Shown here in pieces: positions 25,371 to 39,394 of a stretch of 64,000 nucleotides of DNA (positions are counted from its first letter, which is position 1; the number at the start of each line of letters is the position of its first letter). The notes under the pieces were generated by a model. The model made no database searches, was not told where the DNA came from, and saw only the letters and a program-made list of their open reading frames with translations. Both the position numbers and the translations under genes were made by a program. The stretch lies in NCBI GenBank assembly GCA_964016885.1, contig OZ024758.1, forward strand, positions 36,704,001 through 36,768,000, in the 5' to 3' direction. This DNA is from Eledone cirrhosa (taxonomy: Eukaryota).

Positions 25371-27850
25371 TCCACTGTTGGTGAGAATTCATTTAAGTCA
25401 TGGTATTAGCTGTCAGAAGTAACTCCAATGTTGGTGAGAATTCATTTAAGTCATGGTACTAGCTGTCAGAAGTAACTCCAATGTTGGTGAGAATTCAGTT
25501 AAGTTCATGGTATTAGCTGTCAGAAGGAACTCCACTGTTGGTGAGAATTCATTTAAGTTCATGGTATTAGCTGTCAGAAGTAACTCCACTGTTGGTGAGA
25601 ATTCATTTAAGTTCATGGTACTAGCTGTCAGAAGTAACTCCACTGTTGGTGAGAATTCATTTAAGTTCATGGTACTAGCTGTCAGAAGTAACTCCACTGT
25701 TGGTGAGAATTCAGTTAAGTTCATGGTATTAGTTGTCAGAAGTAACTCCACTGTTGGTGAGAATTCATTTAAATCATGGTATTAGTTGTCAGAAGTAACT
25801 CCAATGTTGGTGAGAATTCATTTAATTTCATGGTACTAGCTGTCAGAAGTAACTCCACTGTTGGTGAGAAATCATTTAAGTCATGGTATTAGTTGTCAGA
25901 AGTAACTCCAATGTTGGTGAGAATTCATTTAAGTTCATGGTACTAGCTGTCAGAAGTAACTCCACTGTTGGTGAGAATTCATTTAAGTTCATGGTATTAG
26001 CTGTTAGAAGTAACTCCACTGTTGGTGAGAATTCATTTAAGTTCATGGTATTAGCTGTCAGAAGGAACTCCACTGTTGGTAAGAATTCATTTAAGTTCAT
26101 GGTATTAGCTGTCAGAAGTAACTCCACTGTTGGTGAGAATTCATTTAAGTTCACGGTACTAGCTGTCAGAAGTAACTCCACTGTTGGTGAGAATTCATTT
26201 AAGTTCATGGTACTAGCTGTCAGAAGTAACTCCACTGTTGGTGAGAATTCATTTAAGTTCATGGTACTAGCTGTCAGAAGTAACCCCAATGTTGGTGAGA
26301 ATTCATTTAAGTTCATGGTATTAGCTGTCAGAAGTCACTCCAATGTTGGTGAGAATTCATTTAAGTTCATGGTATTAGCTGTGAGAAGTCACTCCACTGT
26401 TGGTGAGAATTCATTTAAGTTCATGGTATTAGCTGTCAGAAGTACCTCCACTGTTGGTGAGAATTCATTTAAGTTCATGGTATTAGCTGTCAGAAGTAAC
26501 TCCACTGTTGGTGAGAATTCATTTAAGTTCATGGTATTAGCTGTCAGAAGGAACTCCAATGTTGGTGAGAATTCATTTAAGTCATGGTACTAGCTGTCAG
26601 AAGTAACTCCACTGTTGGTGAGAATTCATTTAAGTTCATGGTATTAGCTGTCAGAAGTAACTCCACTGTTGGTGAGAATTCATTTAAGTTCATGGTACTA
26701 GCTGTCAGAAGTAACTCCAATGTTGGTGAGAATTCATTTAAGTTCATGGTATTAGCTGTCAGAAGGAACTCCACTGTTGGTGAGAATTCATTTAAGTTCA
26801 TGGTATTAGCTGTCAGAAGTCACTCCACTGTTGGTGAGAATTCATTTAATTTCATGGTACTAGCTGTCAGAAGTAACTCCACTGTTGGTGAGAAATCATT
26901 TAAGTCATGGTATTAGTTGTCAGAAGTAACTCCAATGTTGGTGAGAATTCATTTAAGTTCATGGTACTAGCTGTCAGAAGTAACTCCACTGTTGGTGAGA
27001 ATTCATTTAAGTTCATGGTATTAGCTGTCAGAAGTAACTCCACTGTTGGTGAGAATTCATTTAAGTCATGGTATTAGTTGTCAGAAGTAACTCCAATGTT
27101 GGTGAGAATTCATTTAAGTTCATGGTACTAGCTGTCAGAAGTAACTCCACTGTTGGTGAGAATTCATTTAAGTTCATGGTATTAGCTGTCAGAAGTAACT
27201 CCACTGTTGGTGAGAATTCATTTAAGTCATGGTATTAGCTGTCAGAAGTAACTCCAATGTTGGTGAGAATTCATTTAAGTCATGGTACTAGCTGTCAGAA
27301 GTAACTCCAATGTTGGTGAGAATTCAGTTAAGTTCATGGTATTAGCTGTCAGAAGGAACTCCACTGTTGGTGAGAATTCATTTAAGTTCATGGTATTAGC
27401 TGTCAGAAGTAACTCCACTGTTGGTGAGAATTCATTTAAGTTCATGGTACTAGCTGTCAGAAGTAACTCCACTGTTGGTGAGAATTCATTTAAGTTCATG
27501 GTACTAGCTGTCAGAAGTAACTCCACTGTTGGTGAGAATTCAGTTAAGTTCATGGTATTAGTTGTCAGAAGTAACTCCACTGTTGGTGAGAATTCATTTA
27601 AATCATGGTATTAGTTGTCAGAAGTAACTCCAATGTTGGTGAGAATTCATTTAATTTCATGGTACTAGCTGTCAGAAGTAACTCCACTGTTGGTGAGAAA
27701 TCATTTAAGTCATGGTATTAGTTGTCAGAAGTAACTCCAATGTTGGTGAGAATTCATTTAAGTTCATGGTACTAGCTGTCAGAAGTAACTCCACTGTTGG
27801 TGAGAATTCATTTAAGTTCATGGTATTAGCTGTCAGAAGTAACTCCACTG
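24200..27850 (+). repeat. 34-monomer (1829-bp) tandem duplication
   Basis: 24755->26584 and 25453->27282 equal 1829, as do the ORF ends 24764->26593. Confidence 0.8.
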
Positions 27851-30754
27851 TTGGTGAGAATTCATTTAAGTCATGGTATTAGTTGTCAGAAGTAACTCCA
27901 ATGTTGGTGAGAATTCATTTAATTTCATGGTACTAGCTGTCAGAAGTAACTCCACTGTTGGTGAGAATTCATTTAAGTTCATGGTATTAGCTGTCAGAAG
28001 TAACTCCACTGTTGGTGAGAATTCATTTAAGTTCATGGTATTAGCTGTCAGAAGTAACTCCACTGTTGGTGAGAATTCATTTAAGTTCATGGTATTAGCT
28101 GTCAGAAGTAACTCCACTGTTGGTGAGAATTCATTTAAGTTCATGGTATTAGCTGTCAGAAGGAACTCCACTGTTGGTGAGAATTCATTTAAGTTCATGG
28201 TATTAGCTGTCAGAAGTAACTCCACTGTTGGTGAGAATTCATTTAAGTTCATGGTATTAGCTGTCAGAAGGAACTCCACTGTTGGTGAGAATTCATTTAA
28301 GTTCATGGTACTAGCTGTCAGAAGTAACTCCACTGTTGGTGAGAATTCATTTAAGTTCATGGTATTAGTTTGTCAGAAGTAACTCCACTGTTGGTGAGAA
28401 TTCATTTAATTCATGGTATTAGTTGTCAGAAGTAACTCCAATGTTGGTGAGAATTCATTTAAGTCATGTAACTAGCTGTCAGAAGTAACTCCAATGTAGG
28501 TGAGAATTCATTTAAGTTCATGGTATTAGCTGTCAGAAGTAACTCCACTGTTGGTGAGAATTCATTTAAGTTCATGGTACTAGTTGTCAGAAGTAACTCC
28601 ACTGTTGGTGAGAATTCATTTAAGTTCATGTTACTAGCTGTCAGAAGTAACTCCACTGTTGGTGAGAATTCATTTAAGTTCATGGTATTAGTTTGTCAGA
28701 AGTAACTCCACTGTTGTTGAGAATTCATTTAAGTTCATGGTATTAGCTGTCAGAAGTAACTCCACTGTTGGTGAGAATTCATTTAAGTTCATGGTACTAG
28801 CTGTCAGAAGTAACTCCAATGTTGGTGAGAATTCATTTAAGTTCATGGTATTAGCTGTCAGAAGTAACTCCACTGTTGGTGAGAATTCATTTAAGTCATG
28901 GTATTAGCTGTCAGAAGTAACTCCAATGTTGGTGAGAATTCATTTAAGTTCATGGTATTAGCTGTCAGAAGTAACTCCACTGTTGGTGAGAATTCATTTA
29001 AGTTCACGGTACTAGCTGTCAGAAGTAACTCCACTGTTGGTGAGAATTCATTTAAGTTCATGGTATTAGTTTGTCAGAAGTAACTCCACTGTTGGTGAGA
29101 ATTCATTTAAGTCATGGTATTAGTTGTCAGAAGTTTACTCCAATGTTGGTGAGAATTCATTTAAGTTCATGGTACTATCTGTCAGAAGTAACTCCACTGT
29201 TGGTGAGAATTCATTTAAGTTCATGGTATTAGCTGTCAGAAGTAACTCCACTGTTGGTGAGAATTCATTTAAGTCATGGTATTAGCTGTCAGAAGTAACT
29301 CCAATGTTGGTGAGAATTCATTTAAGTCATGGTACTAGCTGTCAGAAGTAACTCCAATGTTGGTGAGAATTCAGTTAAGTTCATGGTATTAGCTGTCAGA
29401 AGGAACTCCACTGTTGGTGAGAATTCATTTAAGTTCATGGTATTAGCTGTCAGAAGTAACTCCACTGTTGGTGAGAATTCATTTAAGTTCATGGTACTAG
29501 CTGTCAGAAGTAACTCCACTGTTGGTGAGAATTCATTTAAGTTCATGGTACTAGCTGTCAGAAGTAACTCCACTGTTGGTGAGAATTCAGTTAAGTTCAT
29601 GGTATTAGTTGTCAGAAGTAACTCCACTGTTGGTGAGAATTCATTTAAATCATGGTATTAGTTGTCAGAAGTAACTCCAATGTTGGTGAGAATTCATTTA
29701 ATTTCATGGTACTAGCTGTCAGAAGTAACTCCACTGTTGGTGAGAAATCATTTAAGTCATGGTATTAGTTGTCAGAAGTAACTCCAATGTTGGTGAGAAT
29801 TCATTTAAGTTCATGGTACTAGCTGTCAGAAGTAACTCCACTGTTGGTGAGAATTCATTTAAGTTCATGGTATTAGCTGTCAGAAGTAACTCCACTGTTG
29901 GTGAGAATTCATTTAAGTCATGGTATTAGTTGTCAGAAGTAACTCCAATGTTGGTGAGAATTCATTTAAGTTCATGGTACTAGCTGTCAGAAGTAACTCC
30001 ACTGTTGGTGAGAATTCATTTAAGTTCATGGTATTAGCTGTCAGAAGTAACTCCACTATTGGTGAGAATTCATTTAAGTTCATGGTATTAGCTGTCAGAA
30101 GTAACTCCACTGTTGGTGAGAATTCATTTAAGTTCATGGTATTAGCTGTCAGAAGTAACTCCACTGTTGGTGAGAATTCATTTAAGTTCATGGTATTAGC
30201 TGTCAGAAGGAACTCCAATGTTGGTGAGAATTCATTTAAGTCATGGTATTAGCTGTCAGAAGTAACTCCATTGTTGGTGAGAATTCATTTAAGTCATGGT
30301 ACTAGCTGTCAGAAGTAACTCCACTGTTGGTGAGAATTCATTTAAGTTCATGGTATTAGCTGTCAGAAGGAACTCCACTGTTGGTAAGAATTCATTTAAG
30401 TTCATGGTATTAGCTGTCAGAAGTAACTCCACTGTTGGTGAGAATTCATTTAAGTTCATGGTACTAGCTGTCAGAAGTAACTCCACTGTTGGTGAGAATT
30501 CATTTAAGTTCATGGTACTAGCTGTCAGAAGTAACTCCACTGTTGGTGAGAATTCATTTAAGTTCATGGTACTAGCTGTCAGAAGTAACCCCAATGTTGG
30601 TGAGAATTCATTTAAGTTCATGGTATTAGCTGTCAGAAGTCACTCCAATGTTGGTGAGAATTCATTTAAGTTCATGGTATTAGCTGTGAGAAGTCACTCC
30701 ACTGTTGGTGAGAATTCATTTAAGTTCATGGTATTAGCTGTCAGAAGTACCTCC

Positions 30755-33700
30755 ACTGTTGGTGAGAATTCATTTAAGTTCATGGTATTAGCTGTCAGAA
30801 GTAACTCCACTGTTGGTGAGAATTCATTTAAGTTCATGGTATTAGCTGTCAGAAGGAACTCCAATGTTGGTGAGAATTCATTTAAGTCATGGTACTAGCT
30901 GTCAGAAGTAACTCCACTGTTGGTGAGAATTCATTTAAGTTCATGGTATTAGCTGTCAGAAGTAACTCCACTGTTGGTGAGAATTCATTTAAGTTCATGG
31001 TACTAGCTGTCAGAAGTAACTCCAATGTTGGTGAGAATTCATTTAAGTTCATGGTATTAGCTGTCAGAAGGAACTCCACTGTTGGTGAGAATTCATTTAA
31101 GTTCATGGTATTAGCTGTCAGAAGTCACTCCACTGTTGGTGAGAATTCATTTAAGTTCATGGTATTAGTTGTCAGAAGTAACTCCACTGTTGGTGAGAAT
31201 TCATTTAAGTCATGGTATTAGCTGTCAGAAGTAACTCCAATGTTGGTGAGAATTCATTTAAGTCATGGTACTAGCTGTCAGAAGTAACTCCAATGTTGGT
31301 GAGAATTCAGTTAAGTTCATGGTATTAGCTGTCAGAAGGAACTCCACTGTTGGTGAGAATTCATTTAAGTTCATGGTATTAGTTGTCAGAAGTAACTCCA
31401 CTGTTGGTGAGAATTCATTTAAGTTCATGGTATTAGCTGTCAGAAGTAACCCCAATGTTGGTGAGAATTCATTTAAGTTCATGGTTCTAGCTGTCAGAAG
31501 TAACTCCAATGTTGGTGAGAATTCATTTAAGTTCATGGTATTAGCTGTCAGAAGTAACTCCACTGTTGGTGAGAGTTCATTTAAGTCATGGTATTAGCTG
31601 TCAGAAGTAACTCCATTGTTGGTGAGAATTCATTTAAGTCATGGTACTAGCTGTCAGAAGTAACTCCACTGTTGGTGAGAATTCATTTAAGTTCATGGTA
31701 TTAGCTGTCAGAAGGAACTCCACTGTTGGTGAGAATTCATTTAAGTTCATGGTACTAGCTGTCAGAAGTAACTCCACTGTTGGTGAGAATTCATTTAAGT
31801 TCATGGTATTAGTTTGTCAGAAGTAACTCCACTGTTGGTGAGAATTCATTTAATTCATGGTATTAGTTGTCAGAAGTAACTCCAATGTTGGTGAGAATTC
31901 ATTTAAGTCATGGTACTAGCTGTCAGAAGTAACTCCAATGTAGGTGAGAATTCATTTAAGTTCATGGTATTAGCTGTCAGAAGGAACTCCACTGTTGGTG
32001 AGAATTCATTTAAGTTCATGGTATTAGCTGTCAGAAGTAACTCCACTGTTGGTGAGAATTCATTTAAGTTCATGGTACTAGCTGTCAGAAGTAACTCCAC
32101 TGTTGGTGAGAATTCATTTAAGTTCATGGTACTAGTTGTCAGAAGTAACTCCACTGTTGGTGAGAATTCATTTAAGTTCATGTTACTAGCTGTCAGAAGT
32201 AACTCCACTGTTGGTGAGAATTCATTTAAGTTCATGGTATTAGTTTGTCAGAAGTAACTCCACTGTTGTTGAGAATTCATTTAAGTTCATGGTATTAGCT
32301 GTCAGAAGTAACTCCACTGTTGGTGAGAATTCATTTAAGTTCATGGTACTAGCTGTCAGAAGTAACTCCAATGTTGGTGAGAATTCATTTAAGTTCATGG
32401 TATTAGCTGTCAGAAGTAACTCCACTGTTGGTGAGAATTCATTTAAGTCATGGTATTAGCTGTCAGAAGTAACTCCAATGTTGGTGAGAATTCATTTAAG
32501 TTCATGGTATTAGCTGTCAGAAGTAACTCCACTGTTGGTGAGAATTCATTTAAGTTCACGGTACTAGCTGTCAGAAGTAACTCCACTGTTGGTGAGAATT
32601 CATTTAAGTTCATGGTATTAGTTTGTCAGAAGTAACTCCACTGTTGGTGAGAATTCATTTAAGTCATGGTATTAGTTGTCAGAAGTTTACTCCAATGTTG
32701 GTGAGAATTCATTTAAGTTCATGGTACTATCTGTCAGAAGTAACTCCACTGTTGGTGAGAATTCATTTAAGTTCATGGTATTAGCTGTCAGAAGTAACTC
32801 CACTGTTGGTGAGAATTCATTTAAGTCATGGTATTAGCTGTCAGAAGTAACTCCAATGTTGGTGAGAATTCATTTAAGTCATGGTACTAGCTGTCAGAAG
32901 TAACTCCAATGTTGGTGAGAATTCAGTTAAGTTCATGGTATTAGCTGTCAGAAGGAACTCCACTGTTGGTGAGAATTCATTTAAGTTCATGGTATTAGCT
33001 GTCAGAAGTAACTCCACTGTTGGTGAGAATTCATTTAAGTTCATGGTACTAGCTGTCAGAAGTAACTCCACTGTTGGTGAGAATTCATTTAAGTTCATGG
33101 TACTAGCTGTCAGAAGTAACTCCACTGTTGGTGAGAATTCAGTTAAGTTCATGGTATTAGTTGTCAGAAGTAACTCCACTGTTGGTGAGAATTCATTTAA
33201 ATCATGGTATTAGTTGTCAGAAGTAACTCCAATGTTGGTGAGAATTCATTTAATTTCATGGTACTAGCTGTCAGAAGTAACTCCACTGTTGGTGAGAAAT
33301 CATTTAAGTCATGGTATTAGTTGTCAGAAGTAACTCCAATGTTGGTGAGAATTCATTTAAGTTCATGGTACTAGCTGTCAGAAGTAACTCCACTGTTGGT
33401 GAGAATTCATTTAAGTTCATGGTATTAGCTGTCAGAAGTAACTCCACTGTTGGTGAGAATTCATTTAAGTCATGGTATTAGTTGTCAGAAGTAACTCCAA
33501 TGTTGGTGAGAATTCATTTAAGTTCATGGTACTAGCTGTCAGAAGTAACTCCACTGTTGGTGAGAATTCATTTAAGTTCATGGTATTAGCTGTCAGAAGT
33601 AACTCCACTGTTGGTGAGAATTCATTTAAGTTCATGGTATTAGCTGTCAGAAGTAACTCCACTGTTGGTGAGAATTCATTTAAGTTCATGGTATTAGCTG

Positions 33701-36700
33701 TCAGAAGTAACTCCACTGTTGGTGAGAATTCATTTAAGTTCATGGTATTAGCTGTCAGAAGGAACTCCACTGTTGGTGAGAATTCATTTAAGTTCATGGT
33801 ATTAGCTGTCAGAAGTAACTCCACTGTTGGTGAGAATTCATTTAAGTTCATGGTATTAGCTGTCAGAAGGAACTCCACTGTTGGTGAGAATTCATTTAAG
33901 TTCATGGTACTAGCTGTCAGAAGTAACTCCACTGTTGGTGAGAATTCATTTAAGTTCATGGTATTAGTTTGTCAGAAGTAACTCCACTGTTGGTGAGAAT
34001 TCATTTAATTCATGGTATTAGTTGTCAGAAGTAACTCCAATGTTGGTGAGAATTCATTTAAGTCATGGTACTAGCTGTCAGAAGTAACTCCAATGTAGGT
34101 GAGAATTCATTTAAGTTCATGGTATTAGCTGTCAGAAGTAACTCCACTGTTGGTGAGAATTCATTTAAGTTCATGGTACTAGTTGTCAGAAGTAACTCCA
34201 CTGTTGGTGAGAATTCATTTAAGTTCATGTTACTAGCTGTCAGAAGTAACTCCACTGTTGGTGAGAATTCATTTAAGTTCATGGTACTAGTTGTCAGAAG
34301 TAACTCCACTGTTGGTGAGAATTCATTTAAGTTCATGGTATTAGCTGTCAGAAGTAACTCCACTGTTGGTGAGAATTCATTTAAGTTCATGGTATTAGCT
34401 GTCAGAAGGAACTCCAATGTTGGTGAGAATTCATTTAAGTCATGGTACTAGCTGTCAGAAGTAACTCCACTGTTGGTGAGAATTCATTTAAGTTCATGGT
34501 ATTAGCTGTCAGAAGTAACTCCACTGTTGGTGAGAATTCATTTAAGTTCATGGTACTAGCTGTCAGAAGTAACTCCAATGTTGGTGAGAATTCATTTAAG
34601 TTCATGGTATTAGCTGTCAGAAGGAACTCCACTGTTGGTGAGAATTCATTTAAGTTCATGGTATTAGCTGTCAGAAGTCACTCCACTGTTGGTGAGAATT
34701 CATTTAAGTTCATGGTATTAGTTGTCAGAAGTAACTCCACTGTTGGTGAGAATTCATTTAAGTCATGGTATTAGCTGTCAGAAGTAACTCCAATGTTGGT
34801 GAGAATTCATTTAAGTCATGGTACTAGCTGTCAGAAGTAACTCCAATGTTGGTGAGAATTCAGTTAAGTTCATGGTATTAGCTGTCAGAAGGAACTCCAC
34901 TGTTGGTGAGAATTCATTTAAGTTCATGGTATTAGTTGTCAGAAGTAACTCCACTGTTGGTGAGAATTCATTTAAGTTCATGGTATTAGCTGTCAGAAGT
35001 AACCCCAATGTTGGTGAGAATTCATTTAAGTTCATGGTTCTAGCTGTCAGAAGTAACTCCAATGTTGGTGAGAATTCATTTAAGTTCATGGTATTAGCTG
35101 TCAGAAGTAACTCCACTGTTGGTGAGAGTTCATTTAAGTCATGGTATTAGCTGTCAGAAGTAACTCCATTGTTGGTGAGAATTCATTTAAGTCATGGTAC
35201 TAGCTGTCAGAAGTAACTCCACTGTTGGTGAGAATTCATTTAAGTTCATGGTATTAGCTGTCAGAAGGAACTCCACTGTTGGTGAGAATTCATTTAAGTT
35301 CATGGTACTAGCTGTCAGAAGTAACTCCACTGTTGGTGAGAATTCATTTAAGTTCATGGTATTAGTTTGTCAGAAGTAACTCCACTGTTGGTGAGAATTC
35401 ATTTAATTCATGGTATTAGTTGTCAGAAGTAACTCCAATGTTGGTGAGAATTCATTTAAGTCATGGTACTAGCTGTCAGAAGTAACTCCAATGTAGGTGA
35501 GAATTCATTTAAGTTCATGGTATTAGCTGTCAGAAGGAACTCCACTGTTGGTGAGAATTCATTTAAGTTCATGGTATTAGCTGTCAGAAGTAACTCCACT
35601 GTTGGTGAGAATTCATTTAAGTTCATGGTACTAGCTGTCAGAAGTAACTCCACTGTTGGTGAGAATTCATTTAAGTTCATGGTACTAGTTGTCAGAAGTA
35701 ACTCCACTGTTGGTGAGAATTCATTTAAGTTCATGTTACTAGCTGTCAGAAGTAACTCCACTGTTGGTGAGAATTCATTTAAGTTCATGGTATTAGTTTG
35801 TCAGAAGTAACTCCACTGTTGTTGAGAATTCATTTAAGTTCATGGTATTAGCTGTCAGAAGTAACTCCACTGTTGGTGAGAATTCATTTAAGTTCATGGT
35901 ACTAGCTGTCAGAAGTAACTCCAATGTTGGTGAGAATTCATTTAAGTTCATGGTATTAGCTGTCAGAAGTAACTCCACTGTTGGTGAGAATTCATTTAAG
36001 TCATGGTATTAGCTGTCAGAAGTAACTCCAATGTTGGTGAGAATTCATTTAAGTTCATGGTATTAGCTGTCAGAAGTAACTCCACTGTTGGTGAGAATTC
36101 ATTTAAGTTCACGGTACTAGCTGTCAGAAGTAACTCCACTGTTGGTGAGAATTCATTTAAGTTCATGGTATTAGTTTGTCAGAAGTAACTCCACTGTTGG
36201 TGAGAATTCATTTAAGTCATGGTATTAGTTGTCAGAAGTTTACTCCAATGTTGGTGAGAATTCATTTAAGTTCATGGTACTATCTGTCAGAAGTAACTCC
36301 ACTGTTGGTGAGAATTCATTTAAGTTCATGGTATTAGCTGTCAGAAGTAACTCCACTGTTGGTGAGAATTCATTTAAGTCATGGTATTAGCTGTCAGAAG
36401 TAACTCCAATGTTGGTGAGAATTCATTTAAGTCATGGTACTAGCTGTCAGAAGTAACTCCAATGTTGGTGAGAATTCAGTTAAGTTCATGGTATTAGCTG
36501 TCAGAAGGAACTCCACTGTTGGTGAGAATTCATTTAAGTTCATGGTATTAGCTGTCAGAAGTAACTCCACTGTTGGTGAGAATTCATTTAAGTTCATGGT
36601 ACTAGCTGTCAGAAGTAACTCCACTGTTGGTGAGAATTCATTTAAGTTCATGGTACTAGCTGTCAGAAGTAACTCCACTGTTGGTGAGAATTCAGTTAAG

Positions 36701-37840
36701 TTCATGGTATTAGTTGTCAGAAGTAACTCCACTGTTGGTGAGAATTCATTTAAATCATGGTATTAGTTGTCAGAAGTAACTCCAATGTTGGTGAGAATTC
36801 ATTTAATTTCATGGTACTAGCTGTCAGAAGTAACTCCACTGTTGGTGAGAAATCATTTAAGTCATGGTATTAGTTGTCAGAAGTAACTCCAATGTTGGTG
36901 AGAATTCATTTAAGTTCATGGTACTAGCTGTCAGAAGTAACTCCACTGTTGGTGAGAATTCATTTAAGTTCATGGTATTAGCTGTCAGAAGTAACTCCAC
37001 TGTTGGTGAGAATTCATTTAAGTCATGGTATTAGTTGTCAGAAGTAACTCCAATGTTGGTGAGAATTCATTTAAGTTCATGGTACTAGCTGTCAGAAGTA
37101 ACTCCACTGTTGGTGAGAATTCATTTAAGTTCATGGTATTAGCTGTCAGAAGTAACTCCACTGTTGGTGAGAATTCATTTAAGTTCATGGTATTAGCTGT
37201 CAGAAGTAACTCCACTGTTGGTGAGAATTCATTTAAGTTCATGGTATTAGCTGTCAGAAGTAACTCCACTGTTGGTGAGAATTCATTTAAGTTCATGGTA
37301 TTAGCTGTCAGAAGGAACTCCACTGTTGGTGAGAATTCATTTAAGTTCATGGTATTAGCTGTCAGAAGTAACTCCACTGTTGGTGAGAATTCATTTAAGT
37401 TCATGGTATTAGCTGTCAGAAGGAACTCCACTGTTGGTGAGAATTCATTTAAGTTCATGGTACTAGCTGTCAGAAGTAACTCCACTGTTGGTGAGAATTC
37501 ATTTAAGTTCATGGTATTAGTTTGTCAGAAGTAACTCCACTGTTGGTGAGAATTCATTTAATTCATGGTATTAGTTGTCAGAAGTAACTCCAATGTTGGT
37601 GAGAATTCATTTAAGTCATGGTACTAGCTGTCAGAAGTAACTCCAATGTAGGTGAGAATTCATTTAAGTTCATGGTATTAGCTGTCAGAAGTAACTCCAC
37701 TGTTGGTGAGAATTCATTTAAGTTCATGGTACTAGTTGTCAGAAGTAACTCCACTGTTGGTGAGAATTCATTTAAGTTCATGTTACTAGCTGTCAGAAGT
37801 AACTCCACTGTTGGTGAGAATTCATTTAAGTTCATGGTAT
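30755..37840 (+). repeat. 66-monomer (3553-bp) near-perfect tandem duplication
   Basis: Nine consecutive ORF pairs (30889->34442, 31265->34818, 31641->35194, 31910->35463, 32240->35793, 32450->36003, 32881->36434, 33472->37025, 34065->37618) are all offset by 3553. Confidence 0.9.
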
Positions 37841-39394
37841 TAGTTTGTCAGAAGTAACTCCACTGTTGTTGAGAATTCATTTAAGTTCATGGTATTAGCT
37901 GTCAGAAGTAACTCCACTGTTGGTGAGAATTCATTTAAGTTCATGGTACTAGCTGTCAGAAGTAACTCCAATGTTGGTGAGAATTCATTTAAGTTCATGG
38001 TATTAGCTGTCAGAAGTAACTCCACTGTTGGTGAGAATTCATTTAAGTCATGGTATTAGCTGTCAGAAGTAACTCCAATGTTGGTGAGAATTCATTTAAG
38101 TTCATGGTATTAGCTGTCAGAAGTAACTCCACTGTTGGTGAGAATTCATTTAAGTTCACGGTACTAGCTGTCAGAAGTAACTCCACTGTTGGTGAGAATT
38201 CATTTAAGTTCATGGTATTAGTTTGTCAGAAGTAACTCCACTGTTGGTGAGAATTCATTTAAGTCATGGTATTAGTTGTCAGAAGTTTACTCCAATGTTG
38301 GTGAGAATTCATTTAAGTTCATGGTACTATCTGTCAGAAGTAACTCCACTGTTGGTGAGAATTCATTTAAGTTCATGGTATTAGCTGTCAGAAGTAACTC
38401 CACTGTTGGTGAGAATTCATTTAAGTCATGGTATTAGCTGTCAGAAGTAACTCCAATGTTGGTGAGAATTCATTTAAGTCATGGTACTAGCTGTCAGAAG
38501 TAACTCCAATGTTGGTGAGAATTCAGTTAAGTTCATGGTATTAGCTGTCAGAAGGAACTCCACTGTTGGTGAGAATTCATTTAAGTTCATGGTATTAGCT
38601 GTCAGAAGTAACTCCACTGTTGGTGAGAATTCATTTAAGTTCATGGTACTAGCTGTCAGAAGTAACTCCACTGTTGGTGAGAATTCATTTAAGTTCATGG
38701 TACTAGCTGTCAGAAGTAACTCCACTGTTGGTGAGAATTCAGTTAAGTTCATGGTATTAGTTGTCAGAAGTAACTCCACTGTTGGTGAGAATTCATTTAA
38801 ATCATGGTATTAGTTGTCAGAAGTAACTCCAATGTTGGTGAGAATTCATTTAATTTCATGGTACTAGCTGTCAGAAGTAACTCCACTGTTGGTGAGAAAT
38901 CATTTAAGTCATGGTATTAGTTGTCAGAAGTAACTCCAATGTTGGTGAGAATTCATTTAAGTTCATGGTACTAGCTGTCAGAAGTAACTCCACTGTTGGT
39001 GAGAATTCATTTAAGTTCATGGTATTAGCTGTCAGAAGTAACTCCACTGTTGGTGAGAATTCATTTAAGTCATGGTATTAGTTGTCAGAAGTAACTCCAA
39101 TGTTGGTGAGAATTCATTTAAGTTCATGGTACTAGCTGTCAGAAGTAACTCCACTGTTGGTGAGAATTCATTTAAGTTCATGGTATTAGCTGTCAGAAGT
39201 AACTCCACTGTTGGTGAGAATTCATTTAAGTTCATGGTATTAGCTGTCAGAAGTAACTCCACTGTTGGTGAGAATTCATTTAAGTTCATGGTATTAGCTG
39301 TCAGAAGTAACTCCACTGTTGGTGAGAATTCATTTAAGTTCATGGTATTAGCTGTCAGAAGGAACTCCAATGTTGGTGAGAATTCATTTAAGTC

